DNA of 64,000 nt, taken from positions 434,001 to 498,000 of the forward strand of contig JBPGPT010000012.1 of assembly GCA_051047955.1 (NCBI GenBank), given 5' to 3'. The DNA is from Cystobasidiomycetes sp. EMM_F5 (lineage: Eukaryota). This document shows positions 42,685 to 56,062 of this stretch, piece after piece. A model generated the notes under the pieces. That model was not told where the DNA came from and did not search any database. It saw only the letters and a list, made by a program, of their open reading frames with translations. The first letter of the stretch is position 1. Each line of letters opens with the position of its first letter. Made by a program: the position numbers and the translations under genes.

Positions 42685-45600
42685 TTATTCGTCGTCGAAA
42701 ATATCCCCTGTCCATAACAGCATCAGATTCATTCTGCCACCATTGCATGCATACCATCACGCACCAAGCTCATAAGCGCCTGCTCTACTGGACCTCGCAG
42801 CTGACTGTGCTTCTTCCAGAGCCTTCACGACTTGCGGGTAAGCGTTCCGTAGAGGGCTCTTCTTGTCTATGCGCGCCAGACCATTTCGCACAATCTCGAC
42901 ATTGATTGAGTTGGTAAATGAAGGGGACTGCTGAGCGTCCGCATCGAAAAGCGTCAAGGAAACGCTATTGGCATCGCGCCGATCGATATTAGCGACTAGC
43001 GGCCGCCCTTCGCAAAGATGTCGGAAAAGTTCGATGGCCTCAACGCCGTACTCTGAGTCTGCACCAAGTAAGGTGATAAAAGACAGAGTAGCCTCCTTAG
43101 CTTGTGGAGGTAATGGCTTGAATCGCGCATCGAGCGGTCGCAACCGGTCGAAAGAGAGTGTTTCGACATTGCCGTAGCTACAAGAAAGGCATCAAACGTG
43201 TCGAGGGTGAGATGGTATATGTCGTGATAACTCACTCATAAAACACAACTTCCGCTTGCTTTTTGGCAGGGTTAGACTTGCGTACTTTGGCGCGGTACCA
43301 TTGATCATCGATACTGAACTTGGCAGACACCTGATCTCCAGCTCGAGGGGTCACCGGAGCACCCGAGTTGGAGCGGTGGTACAGTGAAAAGTCAGACATG
43401 AGCTTCTCCAGCTCGGGGAGTTTACCGCCGGGTTGCAGGACTTGTACCGCAAAGGAAAAAGAAGGTTCCGTCCGGATATCGGAAACAATAACATCGACAT
43501 ATTCCTTCCTAGCGGGCGCGTCGCCATTTGCGTTTCCGTTTGTTTGACTCGCAACGTTTTCTGCCTCGTCGTCATAGTCGTGCCAGATATTCTTCTTTTC
43601 GCGCTTCGCTTGCGCTTCTGCATCCTTCAGTTCTGTTGTCGGGTTGTACTCATCGACGCGAGCCAAACCTTCACGGACGAGCATGGCCGCAACGTTCTCC
43701 TTATTGACGTACAGGGAGCCGATAAAGCCACCCACTTTGTCGGTTGTCTCTACCTGGGCCTCAGCATCGCGTTGCAAGCATCGCTTAGCCACAAAATCCT
43801 GCGCTTCCTGACCGAATGGCTCGGCCTTTTCGCCAGGGTTACGTGCTGTACGCGGAGCTCTGATGCCACTCAGCACGAGTGTGATCTTGACATCGTGCTT
43901 GGGCAGGAACAGCTTGAAGCGAGACCCGCTGGGAACATAGTCTACAACAGCTGGGAAGCGTCCGCCGCGTTTTAGGGATGGAAGGAAGGAATTCGCTTTG
44001 GTTGAAGTCTAGTGTGCAGATGATCAGCGCAAAGAAAAGGAGGAGTTCTCATTATTCAACTCACCTCGGAAGCGTCACCGATTCGAGGAAGAGGGAACTG
44101 TTTGTCGGAATGCAGTCCCTTCTTTTCTTCAAGCGCTCTGAACAGCGAAGTGTAAGTCAGGTCCTCATTGGCATACATACCTGACTCACTTCGCCTCGAC
44201 CTCCATTAGCTTATCAATCTCGGAACTCTTGTCTTCGTCGCCTTGTCGATGTCTGATTACTGTGGCATAGCCTCGCTCTACGAGGGCTTCCGCTAGGTTG
44301 GAACCGTTAGCCAATTTAACAGTAGCCATCTCCTTGGCTTCGAATCTGCCCAAGAAAATGATTGCATCAGCCAGCATGCTTGATCATAAGGGGAAATTTC
44401 TACCCTACTGCTCTTGTTTAGGCTGAGAGTACTCGATGACGACATTGACGTGCTTTCCAATCGCCCTCTTTCGCAAAAACTCCTGCGCCTCGGCTCTTAG
44501 ACCCGCCAGACGCGCATCTGCCGCTCGTGGCTGTCTGATGGACGCAAAGAAGACTTTGACCTCTTTTCCGTCTCCTTGCTTCCCCAGCCTTACAGAGATA
44601 CTTTCCGCCGTCCAGATTCTACTCACGATTCCTTCAAATTCCTTTTCGGCGCCATTGGCAGTCGTAGTACTGGGGCCCGCGACTGACGACCCGTTTGTAG
44701 CAGATTTCGAGGGTGCTGACGGAGCAGGTAGGGAAGACCAGATGCCGGCTCTTGCATTCTTGGCATTCTTTTCGGCGTTGCGAAACCCGCTCATGGCGGC
44801 TGCTCCGATGAGTGCGGCATGCTGGTCTGCGCAACGAGCTAGCCCGTTCTGGACGAGTAGCTGTGCGATATTTCCTGCTGGATGGAGAATGTGACCGATA
44901 ATGAAGGTTGGAGAAGAGGACGTGTTGGAGAGTGATGTCGGAGGAAGGGCAACGAGCTGTATTTGCACATTTCGTTGTAGTAAACGGGCTTCGCTGAATG
45001 CACGAGCTTCATCGCCAAAAGGTTCGCTAGAGTCTGTCGTGTTTGAAGACTCTGCTGCATTGTTGTTTACGAATTTGGCTCGCGGTGCTCTGCAGCCAGC
45101 CATGCTGAGAGGAGAGATAGCGTCAGGCTGGGTGAAAATCAGAAGAGTGAATGGTCACTCACGCAACGTTCACAATCTGATAAGAGTGGGGACCAGTCTG
45201 TAGTCGTGCACGTACGGTTGATCCGTTGTTGACTGCTTCGACGACCGCATCGAGCTTTTTGCCCTTTCCGTGCTCTGCAAGGAACGCGTCTGGGTCGTCT
45301 GGCATATTGTAGTTTACTTCGACACGCGTCACTTCGTCTGCCCACAGTCCTCTTGCAGCAGATTTCGCGTCATCCTCTGCCTGTCGCAGTTGGGCCTTTC
45401 TCGACTGCTCTGCTGCACCCTCCATGTCGGCATTTCTGCTCTCTCTGACTTTTGAAGCGCCTGCCTGTACAGAAGCCAGAGCGCAGTCTATGATTTCAGT
45501 ACTACCGGTCCCATCGGTAATTTGTTTTTGGACGACGACGTCTCCAAATTCTAGGGGAGCGGAAGTGGATGAGGGGACGGTGTAGGATATCTCAAACGAC

Positions 45601-45857
45601 ACCTCCTTGCCGACGACGAGTGAGCGTAAAAAGTCTCTGGCTTGGACGGCGTACAGCTCGTCGTTGCGGTCTCTGCTGCCCACTCTGGGTGCCTGGATGT
45701 GGGCGAGGTGGATTACCCGCTCTGCTCCGCTGTTCTTGTTTCGCAGGATAACAGTGTCTCCAGACTGGACGCTCTTGCAGATGGCACGCAATGCCAGCAT
45801 CTTTGGAGCGGCGGACACGGGGCTGGCTGTGTTTTGTGGTGGTGCTTGCTCAGACAT
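42685..45857 (-). CDS. SND1: Tudor staphylococcal nuclease (Tudor-SN/p100)
   Basis: Repeated SNase domains (KSVQSGDT..LAHIQAPR, MAGCRAPR, FFASIRQPR, LSGIRAPR), Tudor domain AKFSIDDQWYRAKV..FYDYGNVE, end AYELGDIFDDE*. Confidence 0.95.
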
Positions 45858-46349
45858 GGCTGGAGAATCTTGAAAGGCTGTAGATGCGGTGAGCTGCGTG
45901 TGGATGCGAATACTTTGCTGAGGATGTGTGATTCCAAGAGACGGTTTGGAGCAGAACAATAAATATCAATTTGGCAAAGGTAACAGCTTGTTTACAGTCC
46001 AACAGCTACAATCTTGGATGATTGTGGAGCATAATGCTGGCACAATGCTCGAGAAGCAAGTACGAATTCTCGCAAGCTACCGAGCTGCACAAGTCTACTC
46101 CCACCCGACATAATGCCTTACGCGATTCTGTTTGTTGGGATGAGCTGGCCAGAATGTCTCTACCAAATGACCTGTAATTGCCAAATTTGCGTCGTAGCCA
46201 TTGTACATTTGCACAAACCCTCCCTTCTCTCTGCTATTTGCTTGTCATTCCCAGTCCATCTACGCGTGTCCAGCTTGGTTTTCGGACATTCCTGCAGAAA
46301 CCAACTGCAACTCGGCTGGACACTGACTGCTGGCGATATACAGACTGCG

Positions 46350-46368
46350 CTCACTCACTCACTCACTC
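46350..46368. repeat. (CTCA)n microsatellite upstream of MOB2
   Basis: CTCACTCACTCACTCACTC. Confidence 0.8.
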
Positions 46369-46518
46369 GCATTACAGCACTCATTTCAGCCTGCCATCGT
46401 CAGTCTGCCCCGCGACAGATCAAACAAAGAACGCCCAAACTAGCAATCCATCGGCAGACCGGATAGTCAGACTTGGAGTGCACCAGTCTGCAGCATAGTA
46501 TACTCATCCACAACAGTA

Positions 46519-47907
46519 ATGCAGGCCCAGCAACGTCCGCGGACGACTCCGACGACGCCCCAGTTTCCAGGACAGGGATACGGGGGTCACCAACAGCAGA
46601 TGATGCAGCAGCCTCTGCCTGGAGTTCCAGCTGGAGTACACGACTGCCAGCAGCTAAACGGCGGGAAAGCGCTCTATCTGTGTCAGCCGTGAGTGGTTGT
46701 AATGTCGCTCTATGCGCTGGCGGGCTCCGGTCATGCTGGACCTGAAGCGCGTTAATCTGCACCAGACTGACAAGCCGACCCATCTGCGCCGTCACACCCT
46801 CTCCAATACTGACAGATTCGTAAAAGCCGCACTCGCCAAAGGCTCCTTCAAGACCATCACAGTCTGTCCGGCGTACGTCGATGGTATGGAATGGGTGGCA
46901 GTCAATTGTGAGTCGTAGGCGAATGGCAGTGTATGTGCGAGATGGCCTGACACCATATACACACCTACAGTGGTCGACTTCTTTCACAAGTCAGTACTTG
47001 CAAGCAGCCTTACTTATCGCATCCCTTTGTTGAGACTTGTCAAACAGCATCAACCTTTTTCTAGGGATAATCAGCGAACACTGCACGCGTGAAAACTGTC
47101 CAACCATGTCGGCTGGTCCAGGGTGAGTGTATACGTTAGTCTCTGCCAAGATATGCCTACTGAGGAGGATCTGGGCGAATCATCTAGCATGGTACGGTAC
47201 TCCTCCTACAGTATATGCATGCCTTTTACGTATTGAAACATATTGCGCACATGCAGGACTATACATGGACGTCCGGTCCTACCAAGAAGCAAGTCAAAGT
47301 ACCCGCGCCGGAATACACCGATTACGTTTTGACTGTACGTCTTAATGTTCACTGAAGGAGAGGGTAGAAATGTGATCACGCAGCTCACTGACATGATTCT
47401 CTGCCTTCTCTCATGAACAGTGGGCTGAAAAACTCATTGGCGACGAAACGATGTTTCCCACAAAATCCGGTCGAGAGTTTCCCTCTGCCTTTCCCAAAAC
47501 CGCAGTCCACCTGTACACGCAGTTTCTACGCATCTTTGCTCACCTCTACCACGCTCACTTTAGGGATATACTCCACCTCAGCCTCGAGGCGCATCTGAAT
47601 GTACGTCTTGTACTCTCTTTGTTTGCGAAAGTGAACTGGAAGTGATTCTGACTACGTAACCACACAGAGTTTGTTTGCACACTTTCTCAGCTTTGGTCTG
47701 GAGTTTGAGCTGCTGGATCCGAAAGAGTGTCGCGCACCAAAGGAAGGCTTGGGCTTCGTCATTGGTGACTTGATGGATGTAAGAATATCCTGTCAAAATG
47801 CGGTATCGCAATGCGAGTGACGTGCTGAACGTGAACTGTATGGACAGGCTTGGTTTGCGTCGGAGACACTGCAATTACCCGCGCGACAGCAGCAGATGCA
47901 ACAACAA

Positions 47908-47967
<60 letters not shown>

Positions 47968-48027
47968 ATCCAGATGCAACAACAGATGGCTCAGCAACAG
48001 ACGCCAAGGCAGGCTGATTATCGGTGA
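46519..48027 (+). CDS. MOB2: MOB kinase activator Mob2 (Cbk1/NDR cofactor) with a polyQ tail
   Basis: KALYLCQP/FVKAALAKGSFKTI..PAYVDGMEWVAVN, CTRENCPTMSAGPG, DYTW, PAPEYTDYV, FPTKSGREFP, RIFAHLYHAHF, HLNSLFAHF. Confidence 0.92.
47899..47967 (+). repeat. (CAA)4(CAG)18CAA coding trinucleotide repeat, 23 uninterrupted Gln
   Basis: Counted directly; pure CAG run 47911-47964 in the last MOB2 exon. Confidence 0.95.
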
Positions 48028-48398
48028 ATCTTGTCTGTTCTGAAGCATCATCGTGTAGCTGTGGTCAAGCGACCTCAAGATCCTAGTTGCGTTACATCCT
48101 TTCTGTATTGTTAGCCATTATTTCTTTTATCTGCTTTCTGCGATGCACAGTGTACAGCACCGATGCCGATTTTATCGTCAGCCGTGAAAGCCGCGGGTTT
48201 TGCATATTCGCAATAGTCGTTGCTGGAGTGAGGCAGTACGGACAAGGACGGAATGTCGAGACGGCTTTGACAGAGACTGATGGTGGCTCAACAATCAAGG
48301 TCGACACAACAAGCTGAGTCCCGCGTCCGGCTATCGAAACTGAACGGAGCACAAGACATTGCGAAGTTTTAAATGTGTGACTGCAACACTACGTGCAT

Positions 48399-48901
48399 CT
48401 ACTTGGCATAGGTCCAGGTGTTCTTGAGGACTGCTTGGAGAGTGATCAGCCTAGATGCCGCAATGACCGCACGGGGAAGGACCCACCGCCCTCTTCAGAC
48501 GCTAGTCTGTTGATCGAGTCATCCGCCTCTCCTAAACTCCGCACGTAGCCAGAAAGAGCGAACGCGACAGTCTTTCCCCGAATCATCTTGCCAGACTCGT
48601 CAACCTCGGCAATGTTGATCTGCACGGAAGCATGGTCCTTGGCGGTAATGAGACGGTTGGTCGCGTTGCCTATGGTGTTTATGTGACGGAATCATAGTGT
48701 CATAGTGTCAGTCGTGTCCGTTTTGACAATCCTCCAGGCGACTGTCGCAGGGAAATCCACTTTGCGATCTGTAAGGGCTCGAGACTCACACTTGCGTGGA
48801 ACGTAGAGGTCGACAACTACTCCCTACGTTGATAGAATGCGTCAGCCAAGCGAACACGAATCTCCACGACAAGGACGGTAACCCACCTGATCGTTCTCCA
48901 T
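48399..48901 (-). CDS. RPS21: 40S ribosomal protein S21 (eS21), 4 exons (absent from the ORF track)
   Basis: [43 protein letters not shown]...[31 protein letters not shown]. Confidence 0.96.
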
Positions 48902-49775
48902 TTGGAATTATAGCGTGTAAACTGTCAGAAGCAATCCGACGGCGTCAGTCTTTCCGGCTGTAGCTTCTACACTGATTCCATGCAGCGCTGCCGTCGCTCA
49001 TGCAGCTGCCACGCCGGTCATGCTGTCCGTTCTCTGATTTTTCCTATTTGACAGCCGCCAAATTTCCTGCAAGTCCACCCCCGGCGATGGTACGGCTCCC
49101 CTCCCACTGGCGAGACTGCATGAGCGACAAGCATGTTTATACTCACATTGACGATGAGTGGACAGATGTGCAGTAGATTGGCAGCGGTAATTCAGTAGTG
49201 GATGAGCACTGCCAGATTTCAGTGGAAGACGCAGGCTGATCGAGAATTTCGAGAGGGGCGGAAAGGCAGGACCTTTGCACGTAGGTTTCAGCCAATGCAA
49301 CCCGTATTCCAACAAACACTCGCCTTACACTCGCGTCATGTTCTTTGCCCGCCGCGAGCCTTGGCTTTCTTTCGAATACCGTACTGAGGCTAACTCAAAC
49401 TTGTTGAAAAGATCCTTTCGTTATGAACACTGATACTAACGATTTACGGACTCTTTTACGGCGAAGGGCTACGAGTTGACGGAGGCTGACGGAGACTGAA
49501 CAGAAGCGGGGCGCGGGGCACCTCGTCAATTCCTTTGTGCATGATGAAACGGCACCTGTCCGGTCTAACCCTCAGGAGAAGTAGCGAGCTGCCGTGAGAG
49601 CCCGCCAGACCTCAGATTTAAGGGTGCACGATTGCCGGAAGAGATCCTGTCTCCGTATTCTGAGCCACACTACGGTCACCCGATCCCATTTTGCGCGACA
49701 CGCTAGCACGACACACCAAAACAGCGGCATTGGGGTCCGCAACACTGCGACAGCCGATTACAACACACTCTATTC

Positions 49776-51446
49776 ATGGCGAGACACAGGCCCAGCTTAC
49801 ATCAATCTGCGATATTGCTTGCCGCAACGCTATACTCGCTGCGCAGTGTACAGGCGGAGCATAACGTGACAGTCTGGCCATCAGACCCATCGGTAGTCTA
49901 TCTACCTCAAGATCAATGGTTGCGAGCGACGAGCGATGGCGATGGACAACAGGCTGCAATGACTGCCAAGACTAGCGGTGCGAAAGCATCGTTTAGCTTT
50001 GTCGGTAAGTCGGGCTTGCCGTGGTCTACCTGTAATGAGTGCTCAGAACATAGTTGCCTGCAGGCACTGCGATTTTTATGCAGGTTGAGCAAGGTCCCAA
50101 CAACGCAATGGCCGTTGTCAACTTGGATGGCACGGCTTTCTCATTCGACACAAAAAGCGCAGATGGCGACAAGGCGAGCTCTGTATGGGGTATAGGTATG
50201 CTCGGCTCCATCTGTTCGAGACACAGGTGCCTTAAGGCTGATAGTTTATCGGCCCGTTCGGCACACTTCCAGTATCATTGCCAGACGAACAGCACCTACT
50301 TAGTGTTTCTCATAACGGCGACACTGATTCTGAATTAGTAATCAGTGCATTTGTGTATGGCACCTATCTCATCTAGTGCAGTACGCAAAACTGATTAGAT
50401 ACGCCCATCCAGGTATACATCATCGAACGATGATAACGTTCAAGATGCAGATTCGGCCTTGGAACAATCACGATACCATCGTTATATAGCAGCCGTCACA
50501 TGCTTGAGTGTCTTTGGAACCATCCTGGCAGGACTAGCGGCTTTCTTCATCTGGCGGAGATGGAGACGTCGCCGTATTGCAAAAGAGCAACGCTCCATAC
50601 AGCTAGATATCACGCCGGTCACCCCGACTTCCATGCGAACCATCAAAAGCTTCAGAAGTCCAAGTAAACGGGAGACCTGGACGGACGGCTATCGCAGTCC
50701 TCGCATCAGCGGCACGTCTCATCAGCCTTCCAAACCCTCCATGGACGGTGAGGCAGAGTCTCGAGATGTTGTTATGAGCTGGGCTTCAGCACCTGGTGGC
50801 TCCGAAATCAGATTCTCCAGTGCAACGACACCATCGGGCACGGCCCGCGCATCTTATGCTTCTACGCTATATGCCCGCGACGGCAGAAGAGATACCGTGG
50901 AGAGTCGAATAAGCGACGGAGAGTCGAGCAAGCGAGCCAGGCTTCTGCGACCGCTCGTCACGTCAGCCTCGGCCCCTAGCCCACCGTCTGGTTGCCCAAC
51001 ATCTGACGAGCAGAATGGTCATCTGGTGTCTGTACTTGACGAAAGCTACCCTTCGCGAGAAGTAGCTTGGCATAGCGCTGAGACCAGCTCAAACGAAACT
51101 CAGAGACGACAGCAAGTCTCGTCAATGGCGAAACCACCCGTACTCGAAGACCGCCGATCAACTTCCCGACCACAGCCACAGCAGACCTTTGGAAACTTTG
51201 GACTGCCATGGGTGTTCTCTGTCTCCTCTTCGATCATGCCTGCTGGATTTAGTAAGTTGGCAGCTTTGGAATGCTATCTCATGCACACAAATCTGAGTGT
51301 TCTGTCCAGATGTGATATCAGGCGATCGTCGACCTACAGACAATGCAGAAGATGCGTATGGTAGAGAGTCGTGTCCGCCGCCCGCCTACATGTCGGGAAT
51401 GGGTGAGGGGCAGCCCCGCGACTCGATGCGAAAGGGTGATTCCTGA
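49776..51446 (+). CDS. Single-pass membrane protein: signal peptide, small beta-rich ectodomain, TM helix, Ser-rich tail with PPAY
   Basis: Signal ILLAATLYSLRSVQA; NVTV..SDPSVVYLP..W..ASFSF.GTAI; TM YIAAVTCLSVFGTILAGLAAFFIW followed by RRWRRRR; last exon CPPPAYMSG..GDS*. Confidence 0.7.
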
Positions 51447-51595
51447 TTACTCTGTCGATTGTACGCCGTTTGGCGTGTTGTGAAAGCGTATCAAATCAAT
51501 GGAGTTATAATGAGGAAGGTGTATGACAGGCTGGTTGTCTTTGGATTTCGTTGATTTAGGGATGTCTTGCTTTTGACGTGACCCCAGTGGTGCCC

Positions 51596-52910
51596 ATGCC
51601 TGGAAGAGCCATGTCGTCCGAAGATGGTCAGTCGTTAGTTGAAGAGACGCAGCCACAGTCCAGCATGGGCCCATCAATGCCGCCTTTGACCAGGCAAGCA
51701 GTCGACGACTGTGCATTTGAAAACTGGTTTCCAAACTTCAAGCGGGTGTCGCCCAAGGCCACAATAATACAGCTAACGCAGGAGTTCATTGATTATTTAC
51801 GTGCTGATGGTGTATTCCTGCCTGGGGACTGCGATTCGTGGGTTCGCTGTGTCGAGTCTGCGCAAAGCTGGCTGACGGTCTTTTCAGAGAACCGGATGAT
51901 GCTTCGGCCAATGGAGATTCAGACGACGAAGATCCGGAGCCGCGCAGGAACTTCAACATTGGGGACATCACGCAGCGAATTGATCAAGTGATTCAAGATT
52001 ATGAGGCAGTCTTTCCGAAACTGAGCTGGTCAAGCCCACAGGTGCGGCTTCTGTGCATTCATCAATTAAACAGTTGGCTCATTGCCGCACCAGGACGCAG
52101 CTTGGATGAATGTTGGACCTCCTCTCAAATGTACATCATCAGACGATGTATTGCTTCTCCTGAAGTCTTCAGATTTCGTCGCGCATGATCTGGACTTTGC
52201 ATACGACGGATGTGTGGACATCGATCCAGCACACTGTGCAAAGCCTGCGCTGCACCTTATACTCAAGAAGTGGTTCGATATGCCACCGTCTCACGAGTTC
52301 CGTTGTTTTGTCCGAGCCAAGCGGCTAATTGGTACGTACATGAGTCCGACAGAATCACTGATCAAGTCTGAGAATGAGCCATTGGTCTGCCAGCCATCAG
52401 CCAACGAGATACAAACTTCTACGATTTCCTGCAGGAACCATCTCGCCAAACCAGTTTCTTGGGCAAAATACAAAGCTTTTTCGATACTAAGATACAGGCC
52501 ATATTCCCGCAGGACAATTGTTTGTGCATATGCTTACACCACATACTACACGGCTAATATTTCCAGTAGACATTTTCGACGTCTACATCACGCGGGATGA
52601 AGCAAGAGTCTTCTTAATAGACTTTAACCCGTTCGCCGAGCGGACTGACAGTCTCCTGTTTGAATGGGACGAGATCACTGGGCTTCAATCATCAGAATCC
52701 CTCGGGATCAGAGTCATTGAATCACATGAGCAGGCCTCGCAGACAATGCCGATATTCAGCCACAACAGATATCCTCAGGATGTGGTCGGTCTCAGCGATG
52801 GAGCAAGCATAGCAGAGTTTGCTGCAAAGTGGCGTGATACTCTTGCTGTGAGTGTCAGCGACCGGCTCGATCAAAGCGGCCAGCGCTTTACAGAGATACC
52901 AGGGAGATGA
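51596..52910 (+). CDS. CDC123: Cdc123/D123 eIF2 assembly factor
   Basis: CAFENWFPNF, FIDYLRADG, VFPKLSWSSPQDAAW, LLLKSSDF, LILKKW..EFRCFV, ISQRDTN, FLIDFNPF..TDSLLFEWDE. Confidence 0.94.
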
Positions 52911-52967
52911 GCATGTTGGCAAGCTGTGAATCGTGTACTATGCTACAACAACAACGTCGACAGCAGG

Positions 52968-55967
52968 CTACGCTGCAGTCGCAACGCGCTTACTATCGTT
53001 GACGGCAGTCCATCCTGACTTCGATTGAGCCGGAGCTAGAGGCGTGATCGTGCGGAGAGCTACTCGCATGACCGATTCTAGTCGATGCCGCAATGGCTCG
53101 TGATCCGTGTTTATGGTCTAGGCGGTTGAGTGAGTCTTTGAATCACAAATGGCGTAAACAATGTACTCACAAAGTCCTCCAAGGATATCTCGGCAACATG
53201 CGAATCTAGCCGGACGCGGAGTGCGGGTCCATCAGCTTTGGAACGGTCCGCTACATCTGGTTTCATGTCTTCTTCCTCCTTCGCCGGCGTTGCTTCGCTC
53301 ATCGATGGTTCCTCCTTCTCCTCTTTCACCATAACATCTGGATTCGGGCTGGGGTCCGGCAGTGGGAGTACATCCACTTCGCCAAAGTGCGACTGCAGGA
53401 AGGAGATCAGGCGGTCAAGGTGCACTGATGCCTCCATATCTGCATTGTGCACGTGGAGTCTGCCTTCTACATGATCTGCATGCGGGTGTGCGTGGGAATG
53501 CGTAGTTTCTGTACAGTGCAACATGCTCTTCTGTCAGACTGTCATCGTAATTGAAGAACAAAGGGATAAATTGCCCACTTTTGACAGAAGCAGGCGATGT
53601 ATCGATACCCATAAGCAAAGCCAAGACAGAGTCGGCTACCATGTCATTCGATGATCCGCCCATCCATTCGATGCACATTTCGTGTTCCCCAGTATATTTC
53701 AGATCGACCGTCCGCATTACTCTCATGGTCGGTATGCCTTCGTTGTCTACCCCAGATTCGACACTGCCATACATGCCCTCGACATGCCATCGAACTAGCT
53801 CCCAACCTACATCTAGATTTAGTCGTTGACGCTGACGAATGGTAGTCGTCGAGAGTCCAGTGTATTCATGAAGATCCGACGGCGCTAGAAGGGTGTACGA
53901 GCCATCCTTGGCTACCAGTAGGCCTGACACCACGCTGCCATCTTTCGGACGATGTTCTGCCAGCGATCCAATGGCCTGTTCCTCAATTGCATCAGTTTGT
54001 TGTTGAGGGATACACCTAATGTCACTCACCTTGGCAATGCGCGTGCCGCTCAGTTGTATTCTCAGGCGGTCGCGTACGTTACTTGGCGTGTATATCTGCA
54101 CATCTTGCTGCTTCTCCTTGTATTTCGCTTTCAGAGCATCGCGCAATCTAAACATGTTATCTCTTGATCCGTGCACAAGTACAAGATGACTTGGTTGCAC
54201 TTGGTCAATGAAAGTGGAGTTTGCTTGGAAATCCACGTGCGCCGAGAAACTGATGTAGTGCACGGACATTCGCCTTGCTATCTTCTTGTTACCGAGCAGA
54301 GCGTCAAATTCTCTCGGTTCGTTTTGCATATCCTGCCCATAGAGGTGGTTCAGTAGAGAAGACTGATTTTAGTGGCTGGACGTACCTTCGCCAAAGTGCC
54401 CTCGACGGAATACCCGCATAGCATCAAGCCATTTTTGGGGTCCGGTGCCCAGCTTTCCAATAACTTCCTGCTGACACCGCTTTGCAACATGCCGGGACTG
54501 GCGAGCACGATGCAAGGTTTCGAATCATCGAATCGATCCTGTCGTCGAATGCCCTTCACTTCACGAATGTAGCCATTCTTGCGGAAATCAAATGGATTAT
54601 CTCCGCGAGCGACTCTTGCTTGAATGTTGGCGTTGAGGGAGTTTGAGTGCTGTCGATAGACTTGCATACACTTGGTTGCTAGACCTCCGACGTAGAAGAT
54701 GGGATACTGTTGCAGATCCGGTCGCGCCGACCAATATTCGTCCAGAATTAAGAGGAGCTCCTGAGTGGTACCTACTGCAAAGACCGGCATCAGGACTTTG
54801 CCTCCTCCCTTTAGAATTTTTGTAATGCTCGTCAAGAACAGTTCCTCTTTCTCCGGACGCGGCATGATGTTCTGTACACCGAAGGTAGACTCGCAGATCA
54901 TGACATCTGGCGGGCGTCCCCAGTTGGGTACAGTCGCCGTCATGAGATGTCTATCCTCTTCAGTAGAGTAGTCGCCGGTGTAGAGAATGCGCGCGCCAGC
55001 TATCTCGATTAAGAACATTGCTGCACCGAGCACATGGCCGGCGTGGTAGGATGTGAATCGAATGGAAGTGGAGGAGTTTGCAGTAGATGGGACAGTCACT
55101 TCCTCGAGGAAATTGATGGCTTCGATGGAGTCGTAGGATCGACGAAGTTCCTCCTCGTCAAACATTCTTTCGCGTTCAGGCATACCTTCCTCTTCCGATG
55201 CCGTATTCAAGCTGGAGGCGGCCTTGGGCTTCAGTCGTGAAAACTGGACTCGCTGGCCGTTTCGCACTCACCTGATCTTGACAAAGTCTCGCATGAGGAA
55301 ATTGTAGATGCCTTTGGTAGCTCGGGTCATGTATACTTTCCCATTGCCTTCTTTGAAGTTGGTCTGCGCGAGCATGTATCAAGCTGAGTAAGTGGTGCAA
55401 GAGCTCGGTAGGAGAGTATACCTTTTCCATGATGTACGGCAGTGCAGCGGCGTGATCGATGTGAAAGCTGATAGGCAGCCATGTAAGCCCACTGTCTATG
55501 CTGGAATCACAAATTAACTTACTGTGTAATCAGAAGGGCGTCAACGGTGCTCCAGTCAACTTCGTCAACGTAGGGCAGGGCCGTCAGCCCTGAGTTTCCT
55601 GGATGACTTCCTGCATCGCACACGATGGTCCTGCCACGGAAGCGGATCAGGCAGCACGACCGTCCAACCTCCTGGCCTGCGACAGCCAGTGCCAGACATT
55701 GGTAGTAGATTTCGAAAGGGAGTCAGGAAGTCATGCAGAGGACAGGGAAGGCAGAGAAATGACGGGAAGCAGCAAGTCTCAGCATCAGCTCGTCGTCCGT
55801 AGCGCAGTCAAAGCCGCAAGCAGCCCAGCAAGCCAGAATTAAAATTGACCTGAACCGAGCATTGTGATTTGAATCTCATCGTCGAGCTTGCCTTGCACAC
55901 CGCTAGGCGTAACTACAGCGTCAACGTTGCCTCGCGCAGCGCTGGCTGTCCGTTTGTGCGAGGCCAT
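52968..55967 (-). CDS. YSH1: mRNA 3'-end processing endonuclease Ysh1/CPSF73
   Basis: MLGSG/QEVGRSC, LITH/FHIDHAAALPY, HAGHVLGAAMF, YTGDYSTEEDRHL, ESTFG, ASPGMLQSGVSR, GYSVEGT, YISFSAHVDF, LVHG, NDMVADSV. Confidence 0.96.
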
Positions 55968-56062
55968 TGCTGGCGAGTTGATCAGGAGCAGACCTTTACG
56001 CCCAGCAGAATATCAGACTTTTGAATCCTGACTTGCACTTTCTGAAACCGATATCAGCTGCC

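Noticed and set aside
47759..48078. PolyAla, polyLeu and polySer ORFs
   Set aside because: They are alternative frames and strands of the MOB2 CAG repeat.
48671..48790. Intronic snoRNA in the longer RPS21 intron
   Set aside because: No convincing C box (RUGAUGA)/D box pair or H/ACA layout by eye; an Rfam scan would be needed.
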